The position numbers were made by a program, and so were the translations under genes. 64,000 nucleotides of DNA from Escherichia phage teqhad, in sequence record NC_054933.1. One strand, written 5' to 3'. This document shows, piece after piece, positions 46,343 through 58,530 of the stretch. The number at the start of each line of letters is the position of its first letter. The first letter of the stretch is position 1. The notes beneath the pieces were generated by a model. It had not been told where the DNA came from and did not search any database. It worked only from the letters and a program-made list of their open reading frames with translations.

Positions 46343-46528
46343 TTATTCACCTTTAGAAATTTTATCCATAACGATAGCAATTAAACCAATTAAAAATGCT
46401 ACTACAAGTGAAAAAACATTTTCTGCTGTAGTCAATAATCCGCATATAAATCCAACAAACATTGAAAAACTAAAAGCAGAAGCAGAAATTGCAATAGCAA
46501 CATTTCGAATTAATTCACAACGTTTCAT
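46343..46528 (-). CDS. small membrane protein
   Basis: 61 aa with two hydrophobic helices. Confidence 0.5.
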   Translation of the reverse strand: MKRCELIRNVAIAISASAFSFSMFVGFICGLLTTAENVFSLVVAFLIGLIAIVMDKISKGE

Positions 46529-46556
46529 TTTATTCTCCTCAGTAGTAGATAGGGTA

Positions 46557-46586
46557 ATAGTATCACTACCCTATCTAAAAGTAAAC
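46557..46586 (-). promoter_or_regulatory. T4-type early promoter (duplicate of the 46857-46886 element)
   Basis: Minus strand GTTTAC - 18 nt - TACTAT; lies inside an 11-bp inverted repeat TAGATAGGGTA...TACCCTATCTA. Confidence 0.5.
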
Positions 46587-46838
46587 TTATTTTTTACGAA
46601 AAATTGATTTATATTTATCAGCCCATTTCTCGATGACTTTTTCTGGTCCATAGATAACAAAATAATCACCAAACTCTTCACCACCGAGTTGACCGAAATT
46701 ATCTAATGCATCACGAAGAACTCCATGAGGCATTTCGCCCATTTTATCTTTCTTACCAATGTAAATAAACTCAACTTTTACATCAGCAGCTTCAGCAATA
46801 AATTCTTGATACGTTTTCATTTTATTCTCCAATTTCAC
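46587..46838 (-). CDS. small internal-protein (IPI-like) with CTS
   Basis: CTS MKTYQEFIAEA beginning at the internal Met (76 aa from that start); position upstream of 57B as for T4 ipI. Confidence 0.7.
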   Translation of the reverse strand: MKLENKMKTYQEFIAEAADVKVEFIYIGKKDKMGEMPHGVLRDALDNFGQLGGEEFGDYFVIYGPEKVIEKWADKYKSIFRKK

Positions 46839-46856
46839 ATTTGTTTTGATAGGGTA

Positions 46857-46886
46857 ATAGTATCACTACTAAAACCCCGTGTAAAC
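46857..46886 (-). promoter_or_regulatory. T4-type early promoter
   Basis: Minus strand GTTTAC - 18 nt - TACTAT. Confidence 0.5.
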
Positions 46887-46898
46887 AACTTTGTGAAA

Positions 46899-47595
<697 letters not shown>

Positions 47596-47596
<1 letters not shown>

Positions 47597-48309
47597 TATA
47601 GTACCTTTAGTGTATTTTTAATTTTAGAAAAAAGTTCTTCAAGAGAACCATCGTTTGTAATTACTAAATCACCATCACGAATTGGCAATCCAGCTTCTGT
47701 AATATGTGTATCATTGGATTTTTGACCAGGACGAACTACATGAATTACTGTAGCACCCATCGCCCTAGCCGCATCCATTTCATGATCTTGACGAGTATCA
47801 GGAACAATATAATAATCATAACCTGAGTTAAATTTATCAAGATAATCTAAAGCAAATAATTTTACCCAGTACATGCGGTCGAAGTTATTAACAATCAAAT
47901 CCGTACCTAGGGCTTGCATCAGACGACGGACTGACCATTGATCTTCAATATTATTTATAACGTCAGCAATCTTGTTAAATGCTACGAAATTAACTACGTC
48001 ATCAAAAACAAACACACCTTTAATTGGGCTTTTACTATTAAGATAGCAAAATGCTTGTTCCATAATCGTAATTACTTCTAATTTAGTCAGATTTAAATTA
48101 GTTTCACGATCATAGTCAATTCCTTCAAACTCTTTACGAGTTAAACAAGGATAGTCAGTGTTTGCTGCAAATACACCCCATGCATAAGCCAATGCATCTT
48201 TAATAGGACCAGCAAGTTGATATTTAACTGCAGAATAATTGCTCATGATAAAATCTGCAGTAGTATCTTTTCCACTACGCTTTACACCGCTTAAAAAGAT
48301 TAGTTTCAT
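47596..48309 (-). CDS. 1: deoxynucleoside monophosphate kinase
   Basis: 237 aa from MKLIFLSGVKRSGKDTT (P-loop); strong GAGGAG SD; track start is upstream. Confidence 0.85.
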
Positions 48310-48358
48310 GTGTTTCTCCTCAAATTTAATTAAGATTATAACACACAAAACTGAAGCA

Positions 48359-48889
48359 TTAAACTTCTGCTATAATTTTTCCATCTTTTTCTACTTGAAA
48401 ATATGTGTAAGGAATCGTTGCAGTACATACTAAAGCCGGGTCTGAATCTTCTGTGTAGCTAAATTCTACTTCAGATAGGTCAGAAACCCAAGGCTTATAA
48501 AAATTTATTGACATCACGATTTCAGTTTTGCTATTATCTAAGATGTAAAGCGTAATGTACTCAGGACCTGTTTTTTGGGCAGTATTTTCACCTGTAAGAT
48601 AGTTGCTAGTTCCTAGCATCCATTCATACATTCCTATCCACGACTTAAGTTCTTCATCAACTATAAATCTCACAATGAGTGGATCATACTCAAATGTAAC
48701 ACCTGGACGTTGTGCTCGGCCCAGTCCAAACGGCCCAGTCACGGTATCAGTAACAGGTATTCTAATTCCTGGAATAGGAACTGACTGAGCATTTAAAGTA
48801 AAAGCAGATGTAGTATTACTATGTGGTATTGATACTACAAAGTTAGTTGTATTTGCTTGGTTAAAAATTTGTTGCAGAGCTTGCGACAT
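48359..48889 (-). CDS. 3: tail completion / sheath stabiliser protein
   Basis: 176 aa from MSQALQQIF; synteny 1-3-2-4. Confidence 0.7.
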   Translation of the reverse strand: MSQALQQIFNQANTTNFVVSIPHSNTTSAFTLNAQSVPIPGIRIPVTDTVTGPFGLGRAQRPGVTFEYDPLIVRFIVDEELKSWIGMYEWMLGTSNYLTGENTAQKTGPEYITLYILDNSKTEIVMSINFYKPWVSDLSEVEFSYTEDSDPALVCTATIPYTYFQVEKDGKIIAEV

Positions 48890-48995
48890 ATATTCCTCAT
48901 AATGCTTTATAACTGTTGGTGGTATAATGGGTCTAAGTCTCTTCCATTCAATTCCATTTAGAACAAACAACAGAAAAGAATGGAAGATAATAGAA

Positions 48996-49820
48996 TTAGA
49001 TATTTGACCAGACTTTGTTTGCAGAGAAACGTTTTCCTTTTGAAACGAACTGTTGAAGTGGCATCAACACAACGTTCGCCCAGTCTTTCGGGGCGATTTC
49101 AACAAGGCTACCCATAATATTACCGGGTATATATGCCTTAATCATTTGGTCTGCACCCCTAAATCCTTTCACTTGACTCCAATCAATTTTTAATTTCGTT
49201 TTATTAGTAATAGTAGGTGTATTTGCATATTGCTTTAAAAGCTCTTCTAGAAATTGCTGACGAGCTTTAGGTGGAATATAGTGCAAGTTCAATCCGTACA
49301 TTAAATTATGCTTACCTAAACCAAGGTAAATTATCAAAGGAAATTTATCCCAGTAAGGAAGAGTTTCCTTGTGTTTAGCATCATAAGCAAAAGCATATAT
49401 TCGTCCCGGCTGCGGGCGAACAACTTTATGTCCTTTTACTTGCTTAATAGTTTCAGCAAACCACTTTCTGGTTTTATTATTAATTGCTGCACCTTCATTA
49501 CGAATTTTATCACGCAATGTTTGCCTGAATGAATTTATCATAAGCAGTTGTCTTTCTTGCTTATTGAGTTTATTCATTGGTTTTGATTCAAGCTTTTGAA
49601 TCTTTTCAGCTGTTTTAATTCCTGAAGCATATTTTGACATTGCCGAAGTAAACGTAGAGTATTTGATTCCTCTTTCTTCAGCAAATTGCTTTCCTGTCAT
49701 TCCTTTTGCTTTGGCCTTTTTGTATTCAAGACCTATCTGAATCCATTTCTTTTCGTTTAATGATTGCTTAACCTTTGGAACTTGGGGAGTGCTTTCATTA
49801 ATTATTTGAAAAATAGCCAT
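48996..49820 (-). CDS. 2: DNA end-protector protein
   Basis: 274 aa; synteny. Confidence 0.75.
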
Positions 49821-50272
49821 TATGCCCCCTTAAAGCCAAGAGCTCGTAATCCATCTTCTGTTAGAATTCTAAATTTTATTCCACGCTTTTCAGCTAAAGC
49901 TTGCGCTGCTTTCCATTTATCAGTATTAACGGAATATGTATAAATTTCATTCATAAATCTTTTCTTCGCTGCAGTTGTTAGATGTGCTGGTTTAACTGGT
50001 GGTTGTGTTTCTTTTTTAGGTTTTATTTCAATAAAAAATTCTTGTCCAGAAGAATCTTTCATCCAAATATCCATGAAGTATCTACGTTTTTTCCCTTCTG
50101 CATTACAAAAATAAGGAATTACTGCTGTTTCACTACCCCATGCAATAATTTCTGGATTTTTATCTAACCATTCAAAAAAGAATTTTTCCCAATTTGATCT
50201 ATACGTAATTTTTTTAGGGTCACCTCTATATTTTGATATATTTTTAGGAACCCATTTTCCAGAATATGCCAT
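49820..50272 (-). CDS. 4: head completion protein
   Basis: 150 aa; synteny. Confidence 0.75.
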
Positions 50273-50283
50273 TGGATTCTCCT

Positions 50284-50291
50284 TATAAATA
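50284..50291 (+). promoter_or_regulatory. late promoter TATAAATA for gene 53
   Basis: Plus-strand TATAAATA 29 bp upstream of the gene 53 ATG. Confidence 0.55.
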
Positions 50292-50298
50292 GATAATA

Positions 50299-50306
50299 TA
50301 TTTATA
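50299..50306 (-). promoter_or_regulatory. late promoter TATAAATA for gene 4 (divergent)
   Basis: Minus-strand TATAAATA 27 bp upstream of the gene 4 ATG. Confidence 0.5.
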
Positions 50307-50319
50307 AACAGGAGGGCCC

Positions 50320-50910
50320 ATGCTCTTTACATTTTTTGATCCGATTGAATATGCGGCCAAAACGGTGAATAAAAACGCGCCGACTATTCCTATGACAGAT
50401 ATTTTTAGAAACTATAAAGACTATTTCAAACGTGCTCTTGCGGGATACCGCTTACGTACTTATTATATTAAAGGTTCACCACGCCCGGAAGAATTAGCAA
50501 ATACTATATATGGAAATCCACAGTTGTATTGGGTTTTATTGATGTGTAATGATAATTATGACCCGTATTATGGATGGATTACTTCGCAAGAAGCTGCTTA
50601 TCAAGCATCTATACAAAAATACAAAAACGTAGGTGGAGACCAAATAGTATATCATGTAAATGAGAACGGTGAAAAATTTTATAATTTAATATCATACGAT
50701 GATAATCCATATGTTTGGTATGACAAAGGTGATAAAGCTAGAAAATATCCTCAATATGAAGGAGCACTTGCTGCGGTCGATACGTATGAAGCTGCTGTTC
50801 TTGAAAATGAAAAACTTCGTCAAATAAAAATAATAGCAAAATCAGACATTAATTCATTTATGAACGACCTTATACGTATAATGGAGAAATCTTATGGAAA
50901 TGATAAGTAA
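50320..50910 (+). CDS. 53: baseplate wedge protein gp53
   Basis: 196 aa; synteny upstream of gene 5. Confidence 0.8.
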   Translation: MLFTFFDPIEYAAKTVNKNAPTIPMTDIFRNYKDYFKRALAGYRLRTYYIKGSPRPEELANTIYGNPQLYWVLLMCNDNYDPYYGWITSQEAAYQASIQKYKNVGGDQIVYHVNENGEKFYNLISYDDNPYVWYDKGDKARKYPQYEGALAAVDTYEAAVLENEKLRQIKIIAKSDINSFMNDLIRIMEKSYGNDK

Positions 50911-52621
50911 TAACCTTAATTGGTTTGTTGGTGTTGTTGAAGATAGAATGGACCCATTAAAATTAGGTCGTGTTCGTGTTCGTGTTGTTGGTCTGCATCC
51001 ACCTCAAAGAGCACAAGGTGATGTAATGGGTATTCCAACTGAAAAATTACCATGGATGTCAGTTATTCAACCTATAACTTCTGCAGCAATGTCTGGAATT
51101 GGAGGCTCCGTTACTGGACCGGTAGAAGGAACTAGAGTTTATGGTCATTTTTTGGACAAATGGAAAACTAACGGAATTGTCCTTGGCACGTATGGTGGAA
51201 TAGTTCGCGAAAAGCCTAATAGACTTGAAGGATTTTCTGACCCAACTGGACAGTATCCTAGACGTCTAGGAAATGATACTAACGTATTAAACCAAGGCGG
51301 AGAAGTAGGATATGATTCGTCTTCTAATATTATCCAAGATAGTAATCTAGACACTGCAATAAATCCCGATGATAGACCACTATCAGAAATTCCAACTGAT
51401 GATAATCCAAATATGTCAATGGCTGAAATGCTTCGCCGTGATGAAGGATTAAGACTAAAAGTTTATTGGGATACCGAAGGATATCCGACAATTGGTATTG
51501 GTCATCTTATCATGAAGCAGCCAGTTCGTGATATGGCTCAAATTAATAAAGTTTTATCAAAACAAGTTGGTCGTGAAATTACTGGAAACCCAGGTTCTAT
51601 TACAATGGAAGAAGCGACGACTTTATTTGAGCGTGATTTGGCTGATATGCAACGTGACATTAAATCACATTCTAAAGTAGGACCAGTCTGGCAAGCTGTC
51701 AACCGTTCTCGTCAAATGGCATTAGAAAATATGGCATTTCAGATGGGTGTTGGCGGTGTAGCTAAATTTAACACAATGTTAACTGCCATGTTAGCAGGAG
51801 ATTGGGAAAAAGCATATAAAGCCGGTCGTGATTCATTGTGGTATCAACAAACAAAAGGCCGTGCATCCCGTGTTACCATGATTATTCTTACGGGGAATTT
51901 GGAATCATATGGTGTTGAAGTGAAAACTCCAGCTAGGTCTTTATCGGCAATGGCTGCGACTGTAGCTAAATCTTCTGACCCTGCTGACCCTCCTATTCCA
52001 AATGACTCGAGAATTTTATTCAAAGAACCAGTTTCTTCATATAAAGGCGAATATCCTTATGTGCATACAATGGAAACTGAAAGCGGACATATTCAGGAAT
52101 TTGATGATACCCCTGGGCAAGAACGATACAGATTAGTTCATCCAACTGGAACTTATGAAGAAGTATCACCGTCAGGAAGAAGAACAAGAAAAACTGTTGA
52201 TAATTTGTATGATATAACCAACGCTGATGGTAATTTTTTGGTAGCCGGTGATAAAAAGACTAACGTCGGTGGATCAGAAATTTATTACAACATGGATAAT
52301 CGTCTTCACCAAATAGATGGAAGCAATACGATATTTGTTCGAGGCGATGAAACTAAGACGGTTGAAGGTAATGGAACTATCCTAGTTAAAGGTAATGTTA
52401 CTATTGTAGTTGAAGGTAATGCTGACATTACAGTTAAAGGAGATGCTACCACTTTAGTTGAAGGAAATCAGACTAATACAGTAAATGGAAATCTTTCTTG
52501 GAAAGTTGCTGGGACAGTTGATTGGGACGTTGGTGGTGATTGGACAGAAAAAATGGCATCTATGAGTTCTATTTCATCTGGTCAATACACAATTGATGGA
52601 TCGAGGATTGACATTGGCTAA
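50894..52621 (+). CDS. 5: baseplate hub / tail-associated lysozyme gp5
   Basis: 575 aa; internal lysozyme domain MAEMLRRDEGLRLKVYWDTEGYPTIGIGHLI; C-terminal beta-helix repeats VKGNVTIVVEGNADITVKGDATTLVEGN. Confidence 0.93.
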   Translation: MEMISNNLNWFVGVVEDRMDPLKLGRVRVRVVGLHPPQRAQGDVMGIPTEKLPWMSVIQPITSAAMSGIGGSVTGPVEGTRVYGHFLDKWKTNGIVLGTYGGIVREKPNRLEGFSDPTGQYPRRLGNDTNVLNQGGEVGYDSSSNIIQDSNLDTAINPDDRPLSEIPTDDNPNMSMAEMLRRDEGLRLKVYWDTEGYPTIGIGHLIMKQPVRDMAQINKVLSKQVGREITGNPGSITMEEATTLFERDLADMQRDIKSHSKVGPVWQAVNRSRQMALENMAFQMGVGGVAKFNTMLTAMLAGDWEKAYKAGRDSLWYQQTKGRASRVTMIILTGNLESYGVEVKTPARSLSAMAATVAKSSDPADPPIPNDSRILFKEPVSSYKGEYPYVHTMETESGHIQEFDDTPGQERYRLVHPTGTYEEVSPSGRRTRKTVDNLYDITNADGNFLVAGDKKTNVGGSEIYYNMDNRLHQIDGSNTIFVRGDETKTVEGNGTILVKGNVTIVVEGNADITVKGDATTLVEGNQTNTVNGNLSWKVAGTVDWDVGGDWTEKMASMSSISSGQYTIDGSRIDIG

Positions 52622-52655
52622 TATACTTCCAATGAGCGCTGATTTAGGAGAATCC

Positions 52656-53150
52656 ATGGAAGGTTCTTCTATCGACGTCACCTTTACCGCTCAATTAGAA
52701 ACAGGTGAAACGTTAGTATCTATAAATATAACTAGTTACGAAGAAACTCCTGGGGTTTTAGTAGAAGAAAATCGCTTATATGGAACATATGAATCTGTAT
52801 TTGGTTTCGGAAATGATGCGTTGAAATATCGTTTAGGCGATGAATTTAAAACTGCTGCTTCATGGGAAGAACTTCCTACTGATTCTGATACTCAGCTGTA
52901 TTTGTGGAAAGCTCCTCAAAATCTCCAGAAGACATTCACTTACGAAGTAACATTAATATATGACTACCAAGAACAAAGTGAATCTGGAGGTTCTGGCAGT
53001 AATTCTAGGTCATCTTCTGATACTACTGAACCGACAGATCCTCCTGCTCCAGTAAGAAAAACTCTCGTTAAAAATTATACTAAAACTATAGTTGGAAATT
53101 GGAGTCGTTGGGCTAATAAATTGAGAAGCTATGTGTATGAGAGGCCATAA
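52656..53150 (+). CDS. 5.1: gp5.1-like protein (start chosen at the AGGAG-preceded ATG)
   Basis: Track ORF begins at 52593 inside gene 5; ATG at 52656 has SD AGGAG. Confidence 0.5.
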
Positions 53151-53444
53151 ATGTCAGGATTAAGTTATGATAAGTGTGTTACTGCTGGCCATGAAGCGTG
53201 GCCTCCAACAGTTGTGAATGCTACACAAAGTAAAGTATTCACTGGAGGAATTGCTGTTCTCGTAGCAGGTGATCCAATTACAGAACATACAGAAATTAAA
53301 AAGCCATATGAAACACATGGCGGAGTGACACAACCCAGAACTTCTAAGGTATATGTCACTGGAAAGAAAGCTGTTCAAATGGCTGATCCAATATCATGCG
53401 GTGATACTGTGGCTCAGGCATCATCTAAAGTATTCATTAAATAG
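53151..53444 (+). CDS. 5.4: PAAR-like baseplate spike tip protein gp5.4
   Basis: 97 aa; position between 5.1 and 6. Confidence 0.7.
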
Positions 53445-53452
53445 GATTTAAA

Positions 53453-55435
53453 ATGGCAAATACCCCTGTAAATTATCAATTAACAAGAACAGCAAATGCT
53501 ATTCCCGAGATATTCGTCGGGGGTACGTTTGCTGAAATAAAACAAAACCTCATTGAATGGCTTAATGGCCAAAATGAATTTTTGGATTATGATTTTGAAG
53601 GCTCAAGATTAAACGTTCTGTGTGACCTTTTAGCTTATAATACATTATACATTCAGCAGTTTGGTAATGCTGCTGTGTATGAAAGCTTTATGCGTACTGC
53701 TAACTTACGAAGTTCAGTTGTTCAAGCTGCACAAGATAACGGATATTTACCTACTTCAAAATCCGCTGCGCAGACCGAAATTATGTTAACATGCACTGAC
53801 GCATTGAATAGGAATTACATTACTATTCCTCGCGGAACTCGCTTTTTAGCATATGCAAAAGATACTTCTGTTAATCCATATAACTTCGTTTCTACCGAAG
53901 ATGTTATTGCTATTCGTGATAAAAATAACCAATATTTTCCACGTTTAAAATTGGCCCAGGGACGTATAGTAAGAACTGAAATCATTTATGATAAATTAAC
54001 ACCTATTATCATTTATGACAAAAATATAGATAGAAACCAGGTTAAATTATATGTTGATGGAGCGGAATGGATTAACTGGACGAGAAAGTCAATGGTTCAT
54101 GCTGGTTCAACATCAACGATTTACTATATGCGTGAAACTATTGATGGAAACACTGAATTCTATTTTGGCGAAGGTGAAATTTCTGTTAATGCTTCTGAAG
54201 GAGCTTTGACCGCTAATTATATCGGAGGTCTTAAACCTACTCAGAACTCTACGATTGTTATTGAGTACATCAGTACTAATGGTGCTGACGCGAACGGAGC
54301 AGTCGGATTTTCATACGCAGATACATTAACAAATATAACTGTCATCAATATTAATGAAAATCCAAACGATGACCCAGATTTTGTTGGGGCAGATGGTGGT
54401 GGTGATCCGGAAGATATTGAGCGTATTCGCGAATTGGGTACTATTAAACGCGAAACCCAGCAACGCTGCGTAACTGCAACTGATTATGATACATTCGTTT
54501 CAGAGAGATTTGGTTCTATTATTCAAGCAGTTCAGACTTTCACTGATTCTACTAAACCTGGTTATGCATTTATTGCTGCTAAACCTAAATCAGGTCTGTA
54601 TTTAACTACCGTACAGCGCGAAGATATTAAAAATTATCTCAAAGACTATAATTTAGCTCCTATTACGCCATCAATTATTTCTCCTAATTATCTTTTTATT
54701 AAGACTAATTTAAAAGTCACATATGCTTTAAATAAACTGCAAGAATCCGAGCAGTGGCTTGAAGGTCAAATAATTGATAAAATTGATCGCTATTATACCG
54801 AAGATGTAGAAATTTTTAACTCGTCTTTTGCCAAGTCTAAGATGTTGACATATGTAGATGATGCAGATCATTCTGTCATTGGTTCATCAGCGACTATTCA
54901 AATGGTTCGTGAAGTACAAAACTTCTATAAAACGCCTGAAGCAGGTATTAAATACAATAATCAAATAAAAGATCGTTCTATGGAATCTAATACGTTTTCA
55001 TTTAATTCTGGACGAAAGGTTGTAAATCCTGATACTGGTTTAGAAGAAGATGTATTATATGACGTTCGTATAGTATCAACAGACCGAGATTCTAAAGGAA
55101 TTGGTAAAGTTATTATTGGTCCATTTGCTTCTGGCGATGTTACAGAAAATGAAAACATTCAGCCGTATACAGGCAACGATTTTAACAAATTAGCAAATTC
55201 TGATGGACGCGACAAATACTATGTTATCGGTGAAATAAATTATCCGGCTGACATGATTTATTGGAATATCGCTAAAATTAATTTAACATCTGAAAAATTT
55301 GAAGTTCAGACTATTGAATTATATTCTGATCCAACCGATGATGTTATCTTTACTCGCGATGGTTCACTGATTGTATTTGAAAATGACTTACGTCCACAAT
55401 ACTTAACTATCGATTTGGAGCCTATATCACAATGA
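53453..55435 (+). CDS. 6: baseplate wedge protein gp6
   Basis: 660 aa, same length and position as T4 gp6. Confidence 0.85.
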   Translation: MANTPVNYQLTRTANAIPEIFVGGTFAEIKQNLIEWLNGQNEFLDYDFEGSRLNVLCDLLAYNTLYIQQFGNAAVYESFMRTANLRSSVVQAAQDNGYLPTSKSAAQTEIMLTCTDALNRNYITIPRGTRFLAYAKDTSVNPYNFVSTEDVIAIRDKNNQYFPRLKLAQGRIVRTEIIYDKLTPIIIYDKNIDRNQVKLYVDGAEWINWTRKSMVHAGSTSTIYYMRETIDGNTEFYFGEGEISVNASEGALTANYIGGLKPTQNSTIVIEYISTNGADANGAVGFSYADTLTNITVININENPNDDPDFVGADGGGDPEDIERIRELGTIKRETQQRCVTATDYDTFVSERFGSIIQAVQTFTDSTKPGYAFIAAKPKSGLYLTTVQREDIKNYLKDYNLAPITPSIISPNYLFIKTNLKVTYALNKLQESEQWLEGQIIDKIDRYYTEDVEIFNSSFAKSKMLTYVDDADHSVIGSSATIQMVREVQNFYKTPEAGIKYNNQIKDRSMESNTFSFNSGRKVVNPDTGLEEDVLYDVRIVSTDRDSKGIGKVIIGPFASGDVTENENIQPYTGNDFNKLANSDGRDKYYVIGEINYPADMIYWNIAKINLTSEKFEVQTIELYSDPTDDVIFTRDGSLIVFENDLRPQYLTIDLEPISQ

Positions 55436-58400
55436 CAGTAAAAGCACCTTCAGTCACTAGTCTCAGAATTTCCAAGTTATCCGCAAATCAGGTGCAAGTA
55501 CGCTGGGATGACGTTGGTGCTAATTTCTACTATTTTGTAGAAATCGCTGAGACAAAAACAAACTCGGGGGAAAAACTCCCGAGTAATCAATATCGTTGGA
55601 TTAATTTAGGATATACAGCAAATAATAGTTTCTTTTTTGACGATGCTGATCCATTAACAACATACATTATTAGAGTAGCCACAGCTGCGCAAGATTTTGA
55701 GCAGTCTGATTGGATTTATACCGAAGAGTTTGAAACTTTTGCTACAAATGCTTATACATTTCAAAACATGATTGAAATGCAATTAGCCAATAAATTCATT
55801 CAGGAAAAATTTACTCTTAATAATTCTGATTATGTTAATTTTAATAATGATACTATAATGGCTGCATTGATGAATGAATCATTCCAATTCAGCCCATCGT
55901 ATGTTGATGTTTCATCAATAAGTAATTTTATTATTGGTGAAAATGAGTATCATGAAATACAAGGTTCTATTCAGCAAGTATGTAAGGATATTAACCGAGT
56001 TTATTTGATGGAATCAGAAGGAATTCTATATCTTTTTGAGCGCTATCAACCTGTAGTTAAAGTATCCAATGATAAAGGACAAACCTGGAAAGCTGTAAAG
56101 CTCTTCAATGACCGTGTAGGATATCCTTTATCTAAGACAGTATATTACCAATCTGCGAACACAACATACGTTCTAGGATACGACAAGATTTTCTATGGCC
56201 GCAAATCTACTGATGTTAGATGGTCAGCTGATGATGTCAGATTTAGTTCGCAAGATATAACATTTGCTAAACTTGGTGACCAATTACATCTAGGATTTGA
56301 TGTAGAAATTTTTGCCACTTACGCGACTTTACCAGCGAATGTATACCGCATTGCAGAAGCTATTACTTGTACAGATGATTACATTTACGTTGTCGCCAGA
56401 GACAAAGTTAGATACATAAAAACGAGTAATGCACCTATAGATTCTGATCCATTATCTCCAACATATTCGGAAAGACTTTTTGAACCCGATACAATGACTA
56501 TAACTGGAAATCCTAAAGCAGTATGCTATAAAATGGATTCTATCGGTGATAAAGTTTTTGCGCTTATTATTGGTGAAGTTGAAACATTAAATGCTAATCC
56601 TAGAACATCAAAAATAATTGATTCCGCTGATAAAGGAATATATGTTTTAAATCATGACGAAAAGACATGGAAAAGAGTTTTCGGTAATACCGAAGAAGAA
56701 AGAAGACGTATTCAACCCGGATATGCGAATATGTCAACTGATGGTAAATTAGTTTCTCTGTCTTCGAGTAATTTTAAATTTTTAAGTGATAATGTTGTTA
56801 ATGACCCTGAAACTGTGGTGAAATATCAGTTAATCGGTGCTGTTAAATATGAATTTCCTCGTGAATGGTTAACTGATAAGCATTATCATATGATGGCATT
56901 TATAGCGGATGAAACATCTGATTGGGAGACTTTTACTCCTCAACCAATGAAATACTACGCAGAACCATTCTTTAACTGGTCTAAAAAATCTAACACACGT
57001 TGTTGGATAAACAACTCTGATAGAGCTGTAGTAGTTTATGCTGATTTAAAATACACCAAAGTTATAGAAAATATTCCAGAAACATCACCAGATAGATTAG
57101 TTCATGAATACTGGGATGATGGTGATTGCACTATAGTAATGCCAAATGTTAAATTCACTGGATTTAAAAAATATGCGTCTGGGATGCTTTTCTATAAAGC
57201 CTCCGGCGAAATAATTTCTTACTATGATTTTAACTATCGTGTGAGAGATACAGTAGAAATTATTTGGAAGCCAACTGAAGTATTTTTAAAAGCATTTTTA
57301 CAAAACCAAGAGCACGAGACTCCTTGGTCACCAGAAGAAGAGCGTGGATTAGCTGACCCCGATTTAAGACCATTAATTGGAACAATGATGCCTGATTCTT
57401 ATTTGTTACAGGATTCGAATTTTGAAGCATTTTGCGAAGCATATATTCAGTATCTTTCTGATGGGTATGGAACTCAGTATAACAATTTACGAAATTTAAT
57501 TCGTAATCAGTATCCTAGAGAAGAGCATGCATGGGAATATTTGTGGTCAGAGATATATAAAAGAAACATTTATTTAAATGCTGATAAACGTGATGCTGTT
57601 GCGAGATTCTTTGAATCACGTAGCTATGATTTTTATTCTACTAAAGGAATTGAAGCATCATACAAGTTTCTTTTTAAAGTTCTTTATAATGAAGAAGTTG
57701 AAATTGAAATTGAATCTGGGGCTGGTACTGAATATGATATAATCGTTCAATCTGATTCTTTGACTGAAGATTTAGTAGGACAAACGATTTATACAGCCAC
57801 AGGAAGATGTAATGTTACTTATATAGAAAGAAGCTATTCTAATGGTAAATTGCAATGGACCGTAACTATTCATAATCTTTTGGGAAGATTAATTGCTGGT
57901 CAAGAAGTTAAAGCAGAAAGACTCCCTAGTTTTGAAGGCGAAATTATTCGTGGCGTTAAAGGAAAGGATTTGCTTCAAAACAATATAGACTATATTAATA
58001 GAAGTAGATCATACTATGTAATGAAAATTAAATCCAATTTACCTTCTTCTCGTTGGAAATCTGACGTTATTCGTTTTGTTCATCCAGTAGGATTTGGATT
58101 TATAGCAATTACTCTTTTAACGATGTTTATTAATGTTGGTTTAACTCTTAAACATACAGAGACTATAATTAATAAATACAAAAACTATAAATGGGATTCT
58201 GGATTGCCTACTGAATATGCCGATAGAGTAGCTAAATTGACTCCAACTGGTGAAATTGAGCATGATTCAGTAACAGGCGAAGCAATTTATGAGCCTGGCC
58301 CAATGGCTGGTGTAGAATATCCTCTTCCTGATGACTATAATGCTGAAAATAATAATTCAATATTTCAAGGTCAATTGCCGTCTGAACGACGTAAATTAAT

Positions 58401-58530
58401 GAGTCCTTTATTTGATGCATCTGGAACAACATTTGCGCAATTTAGAGATTTAGTTAATAAACGTCTAAAAGACAATATAGGAAATCCAAGAGACCCTGAA
58501 AATCCAACACAGGTTAAAATAGATGAATGA
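55432..58530 (+). CDS. 7: baseplate wedge protein gp7
   Basis: 1032 aa, same length and position as T4 gp7. Confidence 0.85.
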   Translation: MTVKAPSVTSLRISKLSANQVQVRWDDVGANFYYFVEIAETKTNSGEKLPSNQYRWINLGYTANNSFFFDDADPLTTYIIRVATAAQDFEQSDWIYTEEFETFATNAYTFQNMIEMQLANKFIQEKFTLNNSDYVNFNNDTIMAALMNESFQFSPSYVDVSSISNFIIGENEYHEIQGSIQQVCKDINRVYLMESEGILYLFERYQPVVKVSNDKGQTWKAVKLFNDRVGYPLSKTVYYQSANTTYVLGYDKIFYGRKSTDVRWSADDVRFSSQDITFAKLGDQLHLGFDVEIFATYATLPANVYRIAEAITCTDDYIYVVARDKVRYIKTSNAPIDSDPLSPTYSERLFEPDTMTITGNPKAVCYKMDSIGDKVFALIIGEVETLNANPRTSKIIDSADKGIYVLNHDEKTWKRVFGNTEEERRRIQPGYANMSTDGKLVSLSSSNFKFLSDNVVNDPETVVKYQLIGAVKYEFPREWLTDKHYHMMAFIADETSDWETFTPQPMKYYAEPFFNWSKKSNTRCWINNSDRAVVVYADLKYTKVIENIPETSPDRLVHEYWDDGDCTIVMPNVKFTGFKKYASGMLFYKASGEIISYYDFNYRVRDTVEIIWKPTEVFLKAFLQNQEHETPWSPEEERGLADPDLRPLIGTMMPDSYLLQDSNFEAFCEAYIQYLSDGYGTQYNNLRNLIRNQYPREEHAWEYLWSEIYKRNIYLNADKRDAVARFFESRSYDFYSTKGIEASYKFLFKVLYNEEVEIEIESGAGTEYDIIVQSDSLTEDLVGQTIYTATGRCNVTYIERSYSNGKLQWTVTIHNLLGRLIAGQEVKAERLPSFEGEIIRGVKGKDLLQNNIDYINRSRSYYVMKIKSNLPSSRWKSDVIRFVHPVGFGFIAITLLTMFINVGLTLKHTETIINKYKNYKWDSGLPTEYADRVAKLTPTGEIEHDSVTGEAIYEPGPMAGVEYPLPDDYNAENNNSIFQGQLPSERRKLMSPLFDASGTTFAQFRDLVNKRLKDNIGNPRDPENPTQVKIDE

